Assembly (NCBI GenBank): GCA_035272805.1
Contig: DATEQI010000597.1
Coordinates: 3,045 to 27,044, forward strand
Direction: 5' to 3'
Origin: Alphaproteobacteria bacterium
Lineage (GTDB): Bacteria; Pseudomonadota; Alphaproteobacteria; JACZXZ01
DNA length: 24,000 bases
This document shows, piece by piece, positions 1 through 8,730 of the stretch. The notes under the pieces are model-generated. The model ran no database searches. It was not told where the DNA came from and saw nothing but the letters and a program-made list of their open reading frames with translations. The position numbers and the translations under genes are program-made. Within the stretch, counting starts at the first letter, position 1. Each line of letters starts with the position of its first letter.

Positions 1-642
1 CGCGACGCCCTCGTGGGGCCGCTCATGGGCGATGGTCGCGACGATGCCGATCTGGGGATAGGACCAGGAGGTGACCGCGATGCCTGCGTCCTCGCGCAGC
101 CGCGAGTTACGCCCGTCAGCCGCGATCGCGAGCGCTGCCTCGAGCGTGCGCCCGTCGACGAGCCGGGCACGTACACGCGTACGGTCTCGCTCGAGGCCGA
201 CAAGCTCGACGGGTGCCAGGAGCTTGACCGTCGGAAGTCTCGCGAGGGTGGCGAGCAAGGCCTTGCGAATCTCACGGTTCTCGACGATGTAGCCAAGCGG
301 ATGCGGGGCGACCTCCGCGTGGCGGTACTCGAGGAAGAGGAGCGCGGGCCCGTCCGAGACCCGGATATCGAGAATGGGCTCGGCCAGCGGCTCGAGTGCA
401 GGCCAGAGGCCGATGCCGGCGAGTGCCTGGACCGAGCCCCAGGCGATCGCCGAGGCGCGGCCGTCAAAGGCGCTTTCGCGCTGGTGCTGAGGGCTCTCGC
501 GGTCGAGGACGGCGACCTCGATGCCGGCACCCGCCAAGGCCGCGGCGAGGGTCAAGCCGACCATGCCGCCGCCTACGATCAGCACCTCGGTACGCAAGGC
601 TCCCTCGGGTCGTGCTCCCGGCGTTTCGTCAGGGGTTGCCAT
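1..642 (-). CDS. FAD-dependent monooxygenase, UbiH/UbiF/VisC/COQ6 family (N-terminal 214 codons; continues past window start)
   Basis: Absent from the ORF track because it is open at the window edge. The reverse strand from ATG at 642-640 has no stop down to nt 1. It reads MATPDETPGARPEGALRTEVLIVGGGMVGLTLAAALAGAGIEVAVLDRESPQHQRESAFDGRASAIAWGSVQAL...AIAADGRNSRLRE. It has a GxGxxG Rossmann motif and DGR/ADG(R)NS blocks typical of ubiquinone-hydroxylase-type flavoproteins. The + ORFs 13..891 and 396..968 are its antisense shadows. Confidence 0.7.
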   Translation of the reverse strand, partial: MATPDETPGARPEGALRTEVLIVGGGMVGLTLAAALAGAGIEVAVLDRESPQHQRESAFDGRASAIAWGSVQALAGIGLWPALEPLAEPILDIRVSDGPALLFLEYRHAEVAPHPLGYIVENREIRKALLATLARLPTVKLLAPVELVGLERDRTRVRARLVDGRTLEAALAIAADGRNSRLREDAGIAVTSWSYPQIGIVATIAHERPHEGVA

Positions 643-956
643 GGCGTCACCTTCGCCGAGTGCTGCACCTATGTCCAGCGCGCTCCACGGCAGCGGGCGG
701 GGCAGCGACAAAGCGGACGAGGCCGCAAGCTCCTCTCAGCCCGAGGTGGCATCATTTCCCGGGCGCTTGCACCAGGGATCTCTGCCGCGGCCGACGGCGG
801 CCTGAGCAGGCTTTCGGCGGGAACTGGCAAGCAACCAGCCGCGGGAGGGCCGAGCGTGCTGCGGAGAGGGAAAGAGGAGCCTCTACGATAACGCCACAAG
901 CAAGGGACGACCCCACCCGCTCCATTGTTGGGCGGGGCCAAGCACCCGAGGGCTAC

Positions 957-1148
957 TCAGTGCGGTGAGCTGCCGAGGTGGCCCGCAATCGTGTTGAAGG
1001 TCAGGCTCAGGTTGGTCCCGACCAGGGTGACCGCGACAATGATGGCGACCGCGATCAACGCTGCGATCAGACCATATTCGATTGCGGTGACACCCTCATT
1101 GGATTTCAGCGCTAACGCGGTCTTAACAAATCGGGCAAGGCGCAGCAT
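957..1148 (-). CDS. flp: Flp/Fap family type IVb pilin subunit (63 aa)
   Basis: MLRLARFVKTALALKSNEGVTAIEYGLIAALIAVAIIVAV... carries the Flp prepilin motif G/xxxxEY followed by a hydrophobic helix. A GAGGGGGA Shine-Dalgarno lies upstream on the - strand, and the 5' flank (1150-1240) is AT-rich. Confidence 0.9.
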   Translation of the reverse strand: MLRLARFVKTALALKSNEGVTAIEYGLIAALIAVAIIVAVTLVGTNLSLTFNTIAGHLGSSPH

Positions 1149-1442
1149 GGCTCATCCCCCTCGATGGCATGTTTTTAAGACGCGCTCAGCGCCGCCAATC
1201 TACCCAAATTTTGTAAAAACATCATTACGAAGCTGACGGCTCCCCCTCCCCCGCGAGCGGCCCTCGCCCGGAGCTTTGTCGCACCTGACCATGTGCTGCG
1301 GCCTCCCGAGCTCCTTCGCCCCCGGGCGATCGATGCCTAAAATTCAACCACATACCGACCAATGCCCAAATTTTCACCCCATAAGGCCGCGCGCGCGCGC
1401 AATAAGCGTCCGAACCCAGCCGATTTCGCAATGCGGCAAGGC

Positions 1443-1859
<417 letters not shown>

Positions 1860-2029
1860 GCGGCCGCGCGGTCTGGGCCAGCTTTTGCGTAAGGAGGCGT
1901 CATGCGCTCATTCGGTGGGCAAATTTGCCCGGCTCCAGGCCTCGGCGAGGAACGGCGATTCGCCGAGGACGCCCGGCGATTCAACGCATTAGGGGCGAAT
2001 CGTGCGATCGCGAGCGAGACCGCGAGGCG

Positions 2030-2045
2030 TGGCATGGAAATTGAG
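2030..2045 (+). promoter_or_regulatory. second sigma-54-like motif inside the glnK-amtB spacer
   Basis: TGGCATG-gaaa-TTGAg has the same spacing and the same -12 GA deviation as the motif at 1443. It sits ~70 nt upstream of the amtB ATG at 2115. Confidence 0.25.
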
Positions 2046-2114
2046 ATTTGCTCCGCGCGCGAGGAACGGGAGTGCGCAATGGGGCGAGAGCTCACGAATT
2101 TTAGGAGCAAGGCG

Positions 2115-3509
2115 ATGCGGCAGATGACCCGACTGGCGATGTTTGTGATGCTCGCGGCGCTGGCGGGTGCCGTGCTCGGCGGCGTGGCGTTCGCCCAGCA
2201 GGCGCCCGCCGCTGCAGGTGCTGCGGCACCCGCCGCGGCGGCAGCACCCAAGATCGATTCCGGCGACACCGCCTGGATGCTGACCTCGGTGGCGCTCGTG
2301 CTGATGATGACGGTGCCCGGCCTCGCCCTCTTCTATGGCGGCATGGTGCGCAAGAAGAACGTGCTTTCGACGGTGATGCAGAGCTTTGCCATCACCTGCC
2401 TCGTCACCGTCTTGTGGATGATCGTCAACTACTCGACCGCCTTTACCGGCGGCACGCCCTTCTTGGGCGGCCTGAGCCGCGCCTTCCTGCAAGGCGTGGT
2501 GAGCGACATCGCCGCCGACAGCAAGAAAATCCCCTCGGTCAACTCGCTCGCCCCCACCATCCCCGAGATGGTCTACATGTGCTTCCAGATGACCTTCGCC
2601 ATCATCACGCCGGCGCTCATCGCGGGCGCCTTCGCCGAGCGCATGAAGTTCTCCGCCATGCTGTGGTTCATGGCGCTGTGGGCGACCCTCGTCTATGCCC
2701 CGATCGCCCACTGGGTGTGGGGTCCCGACGGCATCTTCAACAGCGGCAACGACAAGGCCTGGGTGCACGTGCTCGACTTCGCCGGCGGCACCGTCGTGCA
2801 CGTCAACTCGGGCGTCGCCGGCTTGATGTGCGCGCTCGTGCTCGGCAAGCGCAAGGGCCTCGGCAGCGAGCACATGGCGCCCCATAACCTGGTGCTCACC
2901 CTCATCGGCGCCGCCCTCCTCTGGGTCGGCTGGTTCGGCTTCAACGCCGGCTCCGCCGTCTCCGCCGGCCTCCAGGCCGGCATGGCCATGACCGTCACCC
3001 AGATCGCCACCGCCACGGCAGCACTTACCTGGATGTTCGTCGAGTGGGCGTTCAAGGGCAAGCCGAGCGTACTCGGCATCTGCTCGGGTGCCGTTGCCGG
3101 CCTCGTCGCCATCACGCCGGCCTCCGGCTTCGTCGGCCCCGCAGGCTCGCTCGCCATCGGCGTCGCCGCCGGCGTCTTCTGCTTCTGGGGGGCCGTGTGG
3201 CTCAAGCCCAAGCTCGGCTACGACGACGCGCTCGACGTCTTCGGCGTGCATGCCGTCGGCGGGGCCGCCGGCGCCTTGCTCACCGGCGTCTTCGCCATCA
3301 GCGAGTACGGCGGCACCTCCGGCCTCATCGAGGGCAACGCCCCGCAGGTGCTCTATCAGGCGATCGGCATCTTGACCGTGGCCGTCTATGACGCGATCGC
3401 GACGCTCATCATCCTCAAGCTCCTCGATGCCACCATCGGCCTGCGCGTCGACGAGGAGACCGAGCGCGACGGCCTCGATTACGCCCTCCACGGCGAGGTC
3501 GTGCAATAG
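2115..3509 (+). CDS. amtB: ammonium transporter AmtB (464 aa with signal peptide)
   Basis: ORF 1902..3509. I place the start at ATG 2115, which has an AGGAG 7 nt upstream. The product then begins MRQMTRLAMFVMLAALAGAVLGGVAFAQQ (signal peptide), then an Ala/Pro linker, then DSGDTAWMLTSVALVLMM (Amt TM1). Amt/MEP blocks are present throughout (FAGGTVVHVNSGVAGL, GWFGFNAGS, DDALDVFGVHAVGG). Confidence 0.93.
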   Translation: MRQMTRLAMFVMLAALAGAVLGGVAFAQQAPAAAGAAAPAAAAAPKIDSGDTAWMLTSVALVLMMTVPGLALFYGGMVRKKNVLSTVMQSFAITCLVTVLWMIVNYSTAFTGGTPFLGGLSRAFLQGVVSDIAADSKKIPSVNSLAPTIPEMVYMCFQMTFAIITPALIAGAFAERMKFSAMLWFMALWATLVYAPIAHWVWGPDGIFNSGNDKAWVHVLDFAGGTVVHVNSGVAGLMCALVLGKRKGLGSEHMAPHNLVLTLIGAALLWVGWFGFNAGSAVSAGLQAGMAMTVTQIATATAALTWMFVEWAFKGKPSVLGICSGAVAGLVAITPASGFVGPAGSLAIGVAAGVFCFWGAVWLKPKLGYDDALDVFGVHAVGGAAGALLTGVFAISEYGGTSGLIEGNAPQVLYQAIGILTVAVYDAIATLIILKLLDATIGLRVDEETERDGLDYALHGEVVQ

Positions 3510-3533
3510 GCCCCGACGCAAGGAAGCGCGAGC

Positions 3534-3566
3534 ACGGCCCGTCCCCTCGAGCGGGCCGTTCTTTTT
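3534..3566 (+). terminator. Rho-independent terminator of glnK-amtB
   Basis: ACGGCCCG (3534-3541) pairs with CGGGCCGT (3552-3559) across a 10-nt loop, followed by TCTTTTT. It starts 25 nt after the amtB stop. Confidence 0.8.
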
Positions 3567-4376
3567 GGCGCGCTCGGATGCCCGGTTCTAGCGACAGATA
3601 TTCCTCCTTATTTCAAGCTGCTGACGGCGAGGCGCTTCAGCTCGCCTTAACTTCGAGCCGTACCATGCCGAAAAATCTGTTTTATTGGAGGCACCCCGCG
3701 CTTGCTCCGGCGGAAATGACAGCGCAAAAGATCATTTCATTTTCTCAAGAAATTAGCATTGATTATCTGAATAAACCGGTAATTTCGTCGTATATCATAT
3801 TGAAATACTTGAGTCATACTGTGCGCTTTGTGGGAACTTCATGGCTGGTCCAGCGGAACGGGGCATCAGCATGAGTCCTCGCGCCTTCACGGGAGATTGC
3901 CGAGGAAGGTTCGAGTGACAGAGTGGCGGAGCTTGCTAACTTCTTGATATGATGATTTTCGAGGGTTGAGCATCGAACCGCCTTGTGGCAAGGAACGGGA
4001 CGTCTTTCAGCGCGCCGCCTCGCCATCTGCAAATCGCACCCGCGCGAGACTTCCATGCTATCATTGCATGTTATCCGTCGCGGTTCTAATGCTGCCGTAA
4101 GAGATCTAGGTAACTGTGGGCGAATATGATCACAAATCGATCCACGCAAATTCGCACCGCGCAGCCGGCAGGCGGCCTGCCGTGCGAGTCGCCGGCAGCG
4201 GAACAAAGACAAAACCAAGGATTCTGGCTCTTCCACTTGTGGAATGCCTCTCCCATCACCGCGACATCCTGTGCTGCTCGGTATGAGAGCGCTTGTTTTG
4301 CCGTTCCGCAGCCGTTACACTCGTTTACCTTTTGTACCGAGAAGAAGCGGCCCTTGTCCGACGAGGAGCTGAAGCG

Positions 4377-6791
4377 ATGGCGCGCGCCGCGGCGCACCGA
4401 TCGAACCGGCTGACTCTGCTGCCTCCCGAGGCGGCGCAGTTCCTGCGCCGCCGCCTCGCCGAGCTGGGGGGTGCGGTTCTCCTCCTTTTCGGCCTCGCGG
4501 TGCTGCTCGCACTCGCCAGCTACGACCCCGCCGACCCCTCCTTCAACCATGCCACGGCTCGCGCCGCGCGCAACCTCGCAGGCGGCCCCGGTGCTTTCGG
4601 CGCCGATCTCTTGCTGCAGCCCTTCGGCCTGGCGGCAACCCTCATCGGCGTCGTGGCCGCCCTCTGGGGCTGGCGCCTCGCCGCCCACAGGGGCTTGGCG
4701 CGACCGCTTCTGCGCGTGGCCGCCCTGGCCCCGCTCCTGCTTTTCGCCGCCATCGCCTGCGCGGCACTGCCGCCACCCAAGGGCTGGCCGATCACAACCG
4801 GGCTCGGCGGCCTCATCGGCCTCATCGGGCATGGCAAGTTTGCGAGCGCGGCCGAGATGAGCGGCCTCACGCTGAGGGCGGAGTTCCTTGGCCTCGCCGC
4901 CGCCCTCCCGGCCACGGCCCTCTTTCTTTACATCCTCGGCTTGAGCCGGGCCGAGTGGAAGGCCGCGGCGCACGGCACGCTTTGGCTTGTGAGCGGCGGG
5001 CCGCGCGGCCTCGTGCGCTCCCTCTCCCTTGCCCTCAGGCGCGGCCGCGCCCTCGGCGCACAACTCGTGGGCCGCGGCCGCGGGGCGCTCGTCGACCGCG
5101 TGGCCGAGCCCAATTTCGCCCGCCTGGCGCCGCGCCCGCGCCGCGAGGGCGCCGAGTCCGGGCTCGGCGCCGGCAAGGCCGCGCGCGAGGGCGGCGCGCC
5201 CGCGATCGAGCCGCGTGCCGCCAATCCCGCCGCGCGCAAGCGTGCCGCTCATTCCCGGCAGACGAGCCTCGGCCTCGACAGCGAGGAAAGCTACGAGCTG
5301 CCGCCGGCCGATCTCCTGACGCTGCCGCCCGCCGCCCGCCACGAGGAGCGGCTCGACGAGGGGGCGCTGGCGGCGAATGCGCGCCTGCTCGAGTCCGTGC
5401 TCGAGGATTTCGGCGTCAAGGGCAAGATCGTGAAGGTCCGCCCCGGCCCGGTCGTGGCGCTTTACGAGCTCGAGCCGGCACCCGGCACCAAATCCTCGCG
5501 CGTCATCAGCTTGGCCGACGACATCGCGCGCTCGATGAGCGCGATTTCGGTCCGCGTGGCCGTGGTCCCCGGGCGCAACGTGCTCGGCATCGAGCTCCCC
5601 AACGCGCGGCGCGAGACGGTCTACCTGCGCGAGCTGCTCTCCTCCGAGGCCTACGAGCGCACGGCGGCCAAGCTCACGCTCGTGCTCGGCAAGGACATCG
5701 GCGGGGCACCGGTGATCGTCGACCTCGCGCGCATGCCGCACCTTTTGATCGCGGGCACCACCGGCTCGGGCAAGTCGGTCGCGCTCAACACGATGATCCT
5801 CTCGCTGCTCTATCGCCTGCCGCCGAGCCAGTGCAAGTTCATCATGATCGACCCCAAGATGCTGGAGCTCTCGGTCTACGACGGCATCCCCCATCTCCTC
5901 ACTCCCGTGGTCACCGAGCCGAAGAAGGCTGTGGTCGCCCTCAAATGGACCGTGCGCGAGATGGAGAACCGCTATCGCGCCATGTCGACGCTCGGGGTGC
6001 GCAACATCGCGGGCTACAACCTGCGCCTCCAGGAGGCGGCGCGCAAAGGCGAGGTGCTGAAGCGCCGCGTGCAGACCGGCTTCGATGCCGAGAGCGGCAA
6101 GCCGCTCTTCGAGGAGCAGCCCCTCGACATGACGCCGCTTCCCTACATCGTCGTCGTCGTCGACGAGTTCGCCGACCTCATGCTCGTCGCGGGCAAGGAC
6201 ATCGAGGCGGCGGTGCAGCGCCTCTCCCAGATGGCGCGCGCGGCCGGCATTCATCTCCTCATGGCGACCCAGCGCCCCTCGGTCGACGTCATCACCGGCA
6301 CGATCAAGGCCAACTTCCCGACGCGGGTGAGCTTCCAGGTCACCTCCCGCATCGACAGCCGCACCATCTTGGGCGAGTCGGGGGCGGAGCAGCTGCTCGG
6401 CCAGGGCGACATGCTCTACATGGCCGGCGGGGGCCGCATCTCCCGCGTGCACGGCCCCTTCGTGCGCGACGACGAGGTCGAGGCCGTGGTCGGCTTCCTC
6501 AAGGAGCAGGGCGATCCCGACTATATCGAGGACGTGACCGAGGAGGATGACGAGGGCTTCATGACCGAGCTCGAGGGCGGCGGCTCGGGCGACGAGCTCT
6601 ACGACCGCGCGGTGGCGCTCGTCTGCCGCGAGCGCAAGGCGTCGACGAGCTTCGTGCAGCGCTATCTGCAGATCGGTTACAACCGTGCCGCCCGCATCAT
6701 CGAGCGCATGGAGGTCGAGGGCGTGGTGAGCACCGCCAACCACGTGGGCAAGCGCGAGGTGCTGGGCCGCAATATCGAGGACGACGAATGA
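4377..6791 (+). CDS. ftsK: DNA translocase FtsK (804 aa)
   Basis: ORF 4293..6791. The start is taken at ATG 4377, with GAGGAG 9 nt upstream. The protein has N-terminal TM helices, an Ala/Arg/Pro-rich linker and an FtsK/SpoIIIE motor (Walker A GTTGSGKS, Walker [13 protein letters not shown]). The C-terminal gamma winged-helix reads [43 protein letters not shown]. Confidence 0.95.
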   Translation: MARAAAHRSNRLTLLPPEAAQFLRRRLAELGGAVLLLFGLAVLLALASYDPADPSFNHATARAARNLAGGPGAFGADLLLQPFGLAATLIGVVAALWGWRLAAHRGLARPLLRVAALAPLLLFAAIACAALPPPKGWPITTGLGGLIGLIGHGKFASAAEMSGLTLRAEFLGLAAALPATALFLYILGLSRAEWKAAAHGTLWLVSGGPRGLVRSLSLALRRGRALGAQLVGRGRGALVDRVAEPNFARLAPRPRREGAESGLGAGKAAREGGAPAIEPRAANPAARKRAAHSRQTSLGLDSEESYELPPADLLTLPPAARHEERLDEGALAANARLLESVLEDFGVKGKIVKVRPGPVVALYELEPAPGTKSSRVISLADDIARSMSAISVRVAVVPGRNVLGIELPNARRETVYLRELLSSEAYERTAAKLTLVLGKDIGGAPVIVDLARMPHLLIAGTTGSGKSVALNTMILSLLYRLPPSQCKFIMIDPKMLELSVYDGIPHLLTPVVTEPKKAVVALKWTVREMENRYRAMSTLGVRNIAGYNLRLQEAARKGEVLKRRVQTGFDAESGKPLFEEQPLDMTPLPYIVVVVDEFADLMLVAGKDIEAAVQRLSQMARAAGIHLLMATQRPSVDVITGTIKANFPTRVSFQVTSRIDSRTILGESGAEQLLGQGDMLYMAGGGRISRVHGPFVRDDEVEAVVGFLKEQGDPDYIEDVTEEDDEGFMTELEGGGSGDELYDRAVALVCRERKASTSFVQRYLQIGYNRAARIIERMEVEGVVSTANHVGKREVLGRNIEDDE

Positions 6792-6921
6792 GTCCGGCGG
6801 TGGCGATGACACGCGCTCGCTTGGCGGTCGTTGCATCCGCGCGCATGACAAGGCATGTTATCCGCTTGGCAGCGACTTTCGCGCGCCGCGGCATCGTTAC
6901 GATGGCGCATAGTTCGCACCC

Positions 6922-6947
6922 GCGGCGGCCCGCAAGGCCGCCGCTTT
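6922..6947 (+). terminator. terminator-like hairpin downstream of ftsK
   Basis: GCGGCGGCC-cgcaa-GGCCGCCGC forms a 9-bp stem followed by only TTT. The T-tract is weak, so this could be a partial terminator or just a stable hairpin. Confidence 0.35.
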
Positions 6948-7066
6948 GCCCAGCGTATAAAAGGCGGGCTCTCGGCAGCGGGCGCGGACCAGCGGCGCCG
7001 GGGATGAGGATCGGGCCGGCGTCTTTTGCCAAGGTGCCGTAGAAGGCCGGCATCAGGAGCAAGCGT

Positions 7067-7720
7067 ATGAAGCGCATCAAGTGTCTCAAGGCAGCAATTC
7101 TGGCGGCGGCACTCTCGTTGCAGCCGCTGGCGGCACTGGCGGCGACGCCCGCGCCGAGCCTGAGTGCCGCCGACCAGGCGGACCTCGCGCGCGTCGAGGA
7201 GTATCTCAATTCCATTCGCACGGTCCACGGGCAGTTCCTGCAAAGTGCGGAGGGTGAGGTCTACGCCGAGGGCGCCTTCTACATCGAGCGGCCCGGCAAG
7301 ATGAGGATCCAGTACGCGACGCCCAATACGCTCTACATGGTGGCGAGCGGCTCGACGCTCTCGATCTACGATCCGCGCATCAAGAAGGCGAGCTATGTGC
7401 CGGTTGACGCGACGCCGGCCTACTACCTCTTCAAGGACAGGGTCGGCTTCGGCGACAGCATCGCGGCAAGCAAGCTCGAGCGCGGCGCGGCGTCGCTCCG
7501 TGTCACGATCTACCAGAAGGACCATCCCAACGATGGCCGCATCACGCTCGTCTTCAGCGACAAGCCGCTCGAGCTCAAGAAATGGAAGATGATCGATCAC
7601 GATGGCAACGAGATCGACATCTCCCTCGTCAACACCGAGTTCAATACCAAGCTCGATCCCAACCTCTTCAAGTTCGTCGACCCCTCGCCGACTTCCGAAG
7701 GCGCCGGGTCGACGCATTGA
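7067..7720 (+). CDS. lolA: LolA-like periplasmic lipoprotein carrier, copy 1 (217 aa)
   Basis: It has a signal peptide (LQPLAALAA/TP) with no lipobox. LolA-family blocks are present (F.Q..., ERPGKMRIQY, SIYDP, TPAYYL, C-terminal LFKFVDP). It occupies the classical position immediately downstream of ftsK. AGGAGCAAGCGT precedes the ATG. Confidence 0.8.
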   Translation: MKRIKCLKAAILAAALSLQPLAALAATPAPSLSAADQADLARVEEYLNSIRTVHGQFLQSAEGEVYAEGAFYIERPGKMRIQYATPNTLYMVASGSTLSIYDPRIKKASYVPVDATPAYYLFKDRVGFGDSIAASKLERGAASLRVTIYQKDHPNDGRITLVFSDKPLELKKWKMIDHDGNEIDISLVNTEFNTKLDPNLFKFVDPSPTSEGAGSTH

Positions 7721-7879
7721 TCGACCCGCCGGCCGGCATCGTGGCGCCGAGGCGGCGCAACTGCCGCCCGGTGGCTTGTTGTGCCCGCGCGGCCGCGGCA
7801 CCATATTGATCGGGCGCGGTTGCCGCCCGTGGCGTGCGGGCAAGGCGGCGCCGGGAGGACGCGGGCAGGAGTTGACGTC

Positions 7880-8518
7880 ATGAGGTTTCTCAAGCAAGCG
7901 ATTTTGGCAGCGGCCTTGGGACTCCAGCCGCTTGCGGCCGTGGCGGCGACGCCGGCGGCGAGCCTGAGTGCCGCCGACCGGGCGGACTTGGCACGGGTCG
8001 AGCAATACCTCGATTCGATCCGCACCGTCGCCGCGCACTTCATGCAGAGCTCGGACGGCCGCATTGCCCAGGGCAGCTTCTATCTCGAGCGGCCGGGCAA
8101 GATGAGAATCCAATACGATCCGCCCGATCCGCTTTTTATGGTGGCGAGCGGCATCTTTCTTTCCGTTTACGATCCGCAGCTCAAGCAGACCACTTATCTG
8201 CCCATCGACTCGACGCCGGCCTATTTCCTCGTCCAGGACAAGGTGGGATTCGGCGACAATGTCACGGTCGCCAAGGTCGAGCACGGCAGCGACTCGCTCC
8301 GCGTGACGCTCCATGAGAAGGGCCATCCCGACCAAGGCCGCATCACCCTCGTCTTCAGCGACAAGCCGCTCCAGCTGCGCAAATGGACCGTGATCGATCG
8401 CAACGGCAAGGAGATCGACGTGGCCCTGCTCGATGCCCAGTTCGATACCAAGCTCGACCCCAACCTCTTCAAGTTCGTCGATCCCTCGCCGAGCCCGGGT
8501 GCCGGGGGCCAGCGCTAA
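7880..8518 (+). CDS. LolA-like periplasmic lipoprotein carrier, copy 2 (212 aa), tandem paralog
   Basis: ORF 7781..8518. The start is taken at ATG 7880, after GGCAGGAG. By my hand alignment it matches copy 1 at ~134 of ~202 positions (about two thirds), including the signal peptide and an identical TKLDPNLFKFVDPSP tail. Confidence 0.8.
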   Translation: MRFLKQAILAAALGLQPLAAVAATPAASLSAADRADLARVEQYLDSIRTVAAHFMQSSDGRIAQGSFYLERPGKMRIQYDPPDPLFMVASGIFLSVYDPQLKQTTYLPIDSTPAYFLVQDKVGFGDNVTVAKVEHGSDSLRVTLHEKGHPDQGRITLVFSDKPLQLRKWTVIDRNGKEIDVALLDAQFDTKLDPNLFKFVDPSPSPGAGGQR

Positions 8519-8730
8519 GCGAAGGCGCCGAAGGGCACGGGCGGGGTGGCCGCAGGCGAGGAGCGTGGCGAGCGCTGGGCCCGGCGCCGGCTCATATCCA
8601 TTGGCGCGCGCGGCTTGGCAATGATAAGACAGCCGCTGGAAGCGGGTCAGCGCCGGCCGAATCCTCTTGCGGGCGCGCGCATCCCGTGATTCCTTTGCAG
8701 CGCAAGGCGACGACGACACGAGCGGATGCC

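Noticed and set aside
13-968. + strand ORFs 13..891, 71..292, 396..968, 521..805
   Set aside because: For 1-642 these are antisense to the UbiH-family gene, which has a clean GxGxxG N-terminus. Beyond 642 they run through intergenic DNA. Their composition is not protein-like.
1281-1296. NtrC-type site GCACC-N7-GTGC upstream of the glnK sigma-54-like motif
   Set aside because: The half-site spacing is one nucleotide longer than the TGCACC-N5-GGTGCA consensus and the outer bases do not match. It is too weak to call.
1902-2114. Using ATG 1902 as the amtB start (535-aa product)
   Set aside because: The extra 71 residues precede an otherwise normal signal peptide and have poor codon bias. ATG 2115 has its own AGGAG. 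The strong Shine-Dalgarno at 1889-1896 is kept as an observation in the findings.
1989-3521. 510-aa - strand ORF opposite amtB, and 1655..2269 -
   Set aside because: These are antisense shadows of amtB and glnK with no domain-like sequence. amtB on the + strand is unambiguous.
3785-3812. dif-like XerC/D site near ftsK (aatttcgtcgTATATCATATTGAAATact)
   Set aside because: Position-by-position comparison with the dif sequences I remember gives only about half matches, and the XerD arm (TTATGTTAAAT-like) is poorly matched. Proximity to ftsK has no bearing on where dif lies.
3578-4236. ORFs 3578..3874 (+, 98 aa) and 3814..4236 (-, 140 aa) in the AT-rich gap
   Set aside because: They have no Shine-Dalgarno, no family resemblance and atypical amino-acid composition, and they overlap each other. 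I treat the region as non-coding and report it as a finding instead.
4303-4317. Alphaproteobacterial LexA-box-like direct repeat GTTC-N7-GTTA, ~60 nt upstream of ftsK
   Set aside because: The second arm is mismatched at its last base, and 4-mer repeats arise by chance. It is worth a glance only because ftsK is SOS-regulated in E. coli, and I cannot support it from sequence alone.
4086-6851. 921-aa ORF on the - strand (plus 4955..6550 + and other long ORFs in this span)
   Set aside because: It lies antisense to or out of frame with ftsK, which has unmistakable FtsK motifs. The translations are Arg/Ala/Gly-rich low-complexity strings typical of shadow ORFs in GC-rich DNA.
6788-7042. 84-aa ORF whose ATG overlaps the ftsK stop (ATGA), suggestive of coupling
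   Set aside because: The translation is Arg/Ala/Pro-rich with no features. Third-position A/T is much higher than in neighbouring genes. The ORF also contains the terminator-like hairpin at 6922-6947. It is most likely intergenic.
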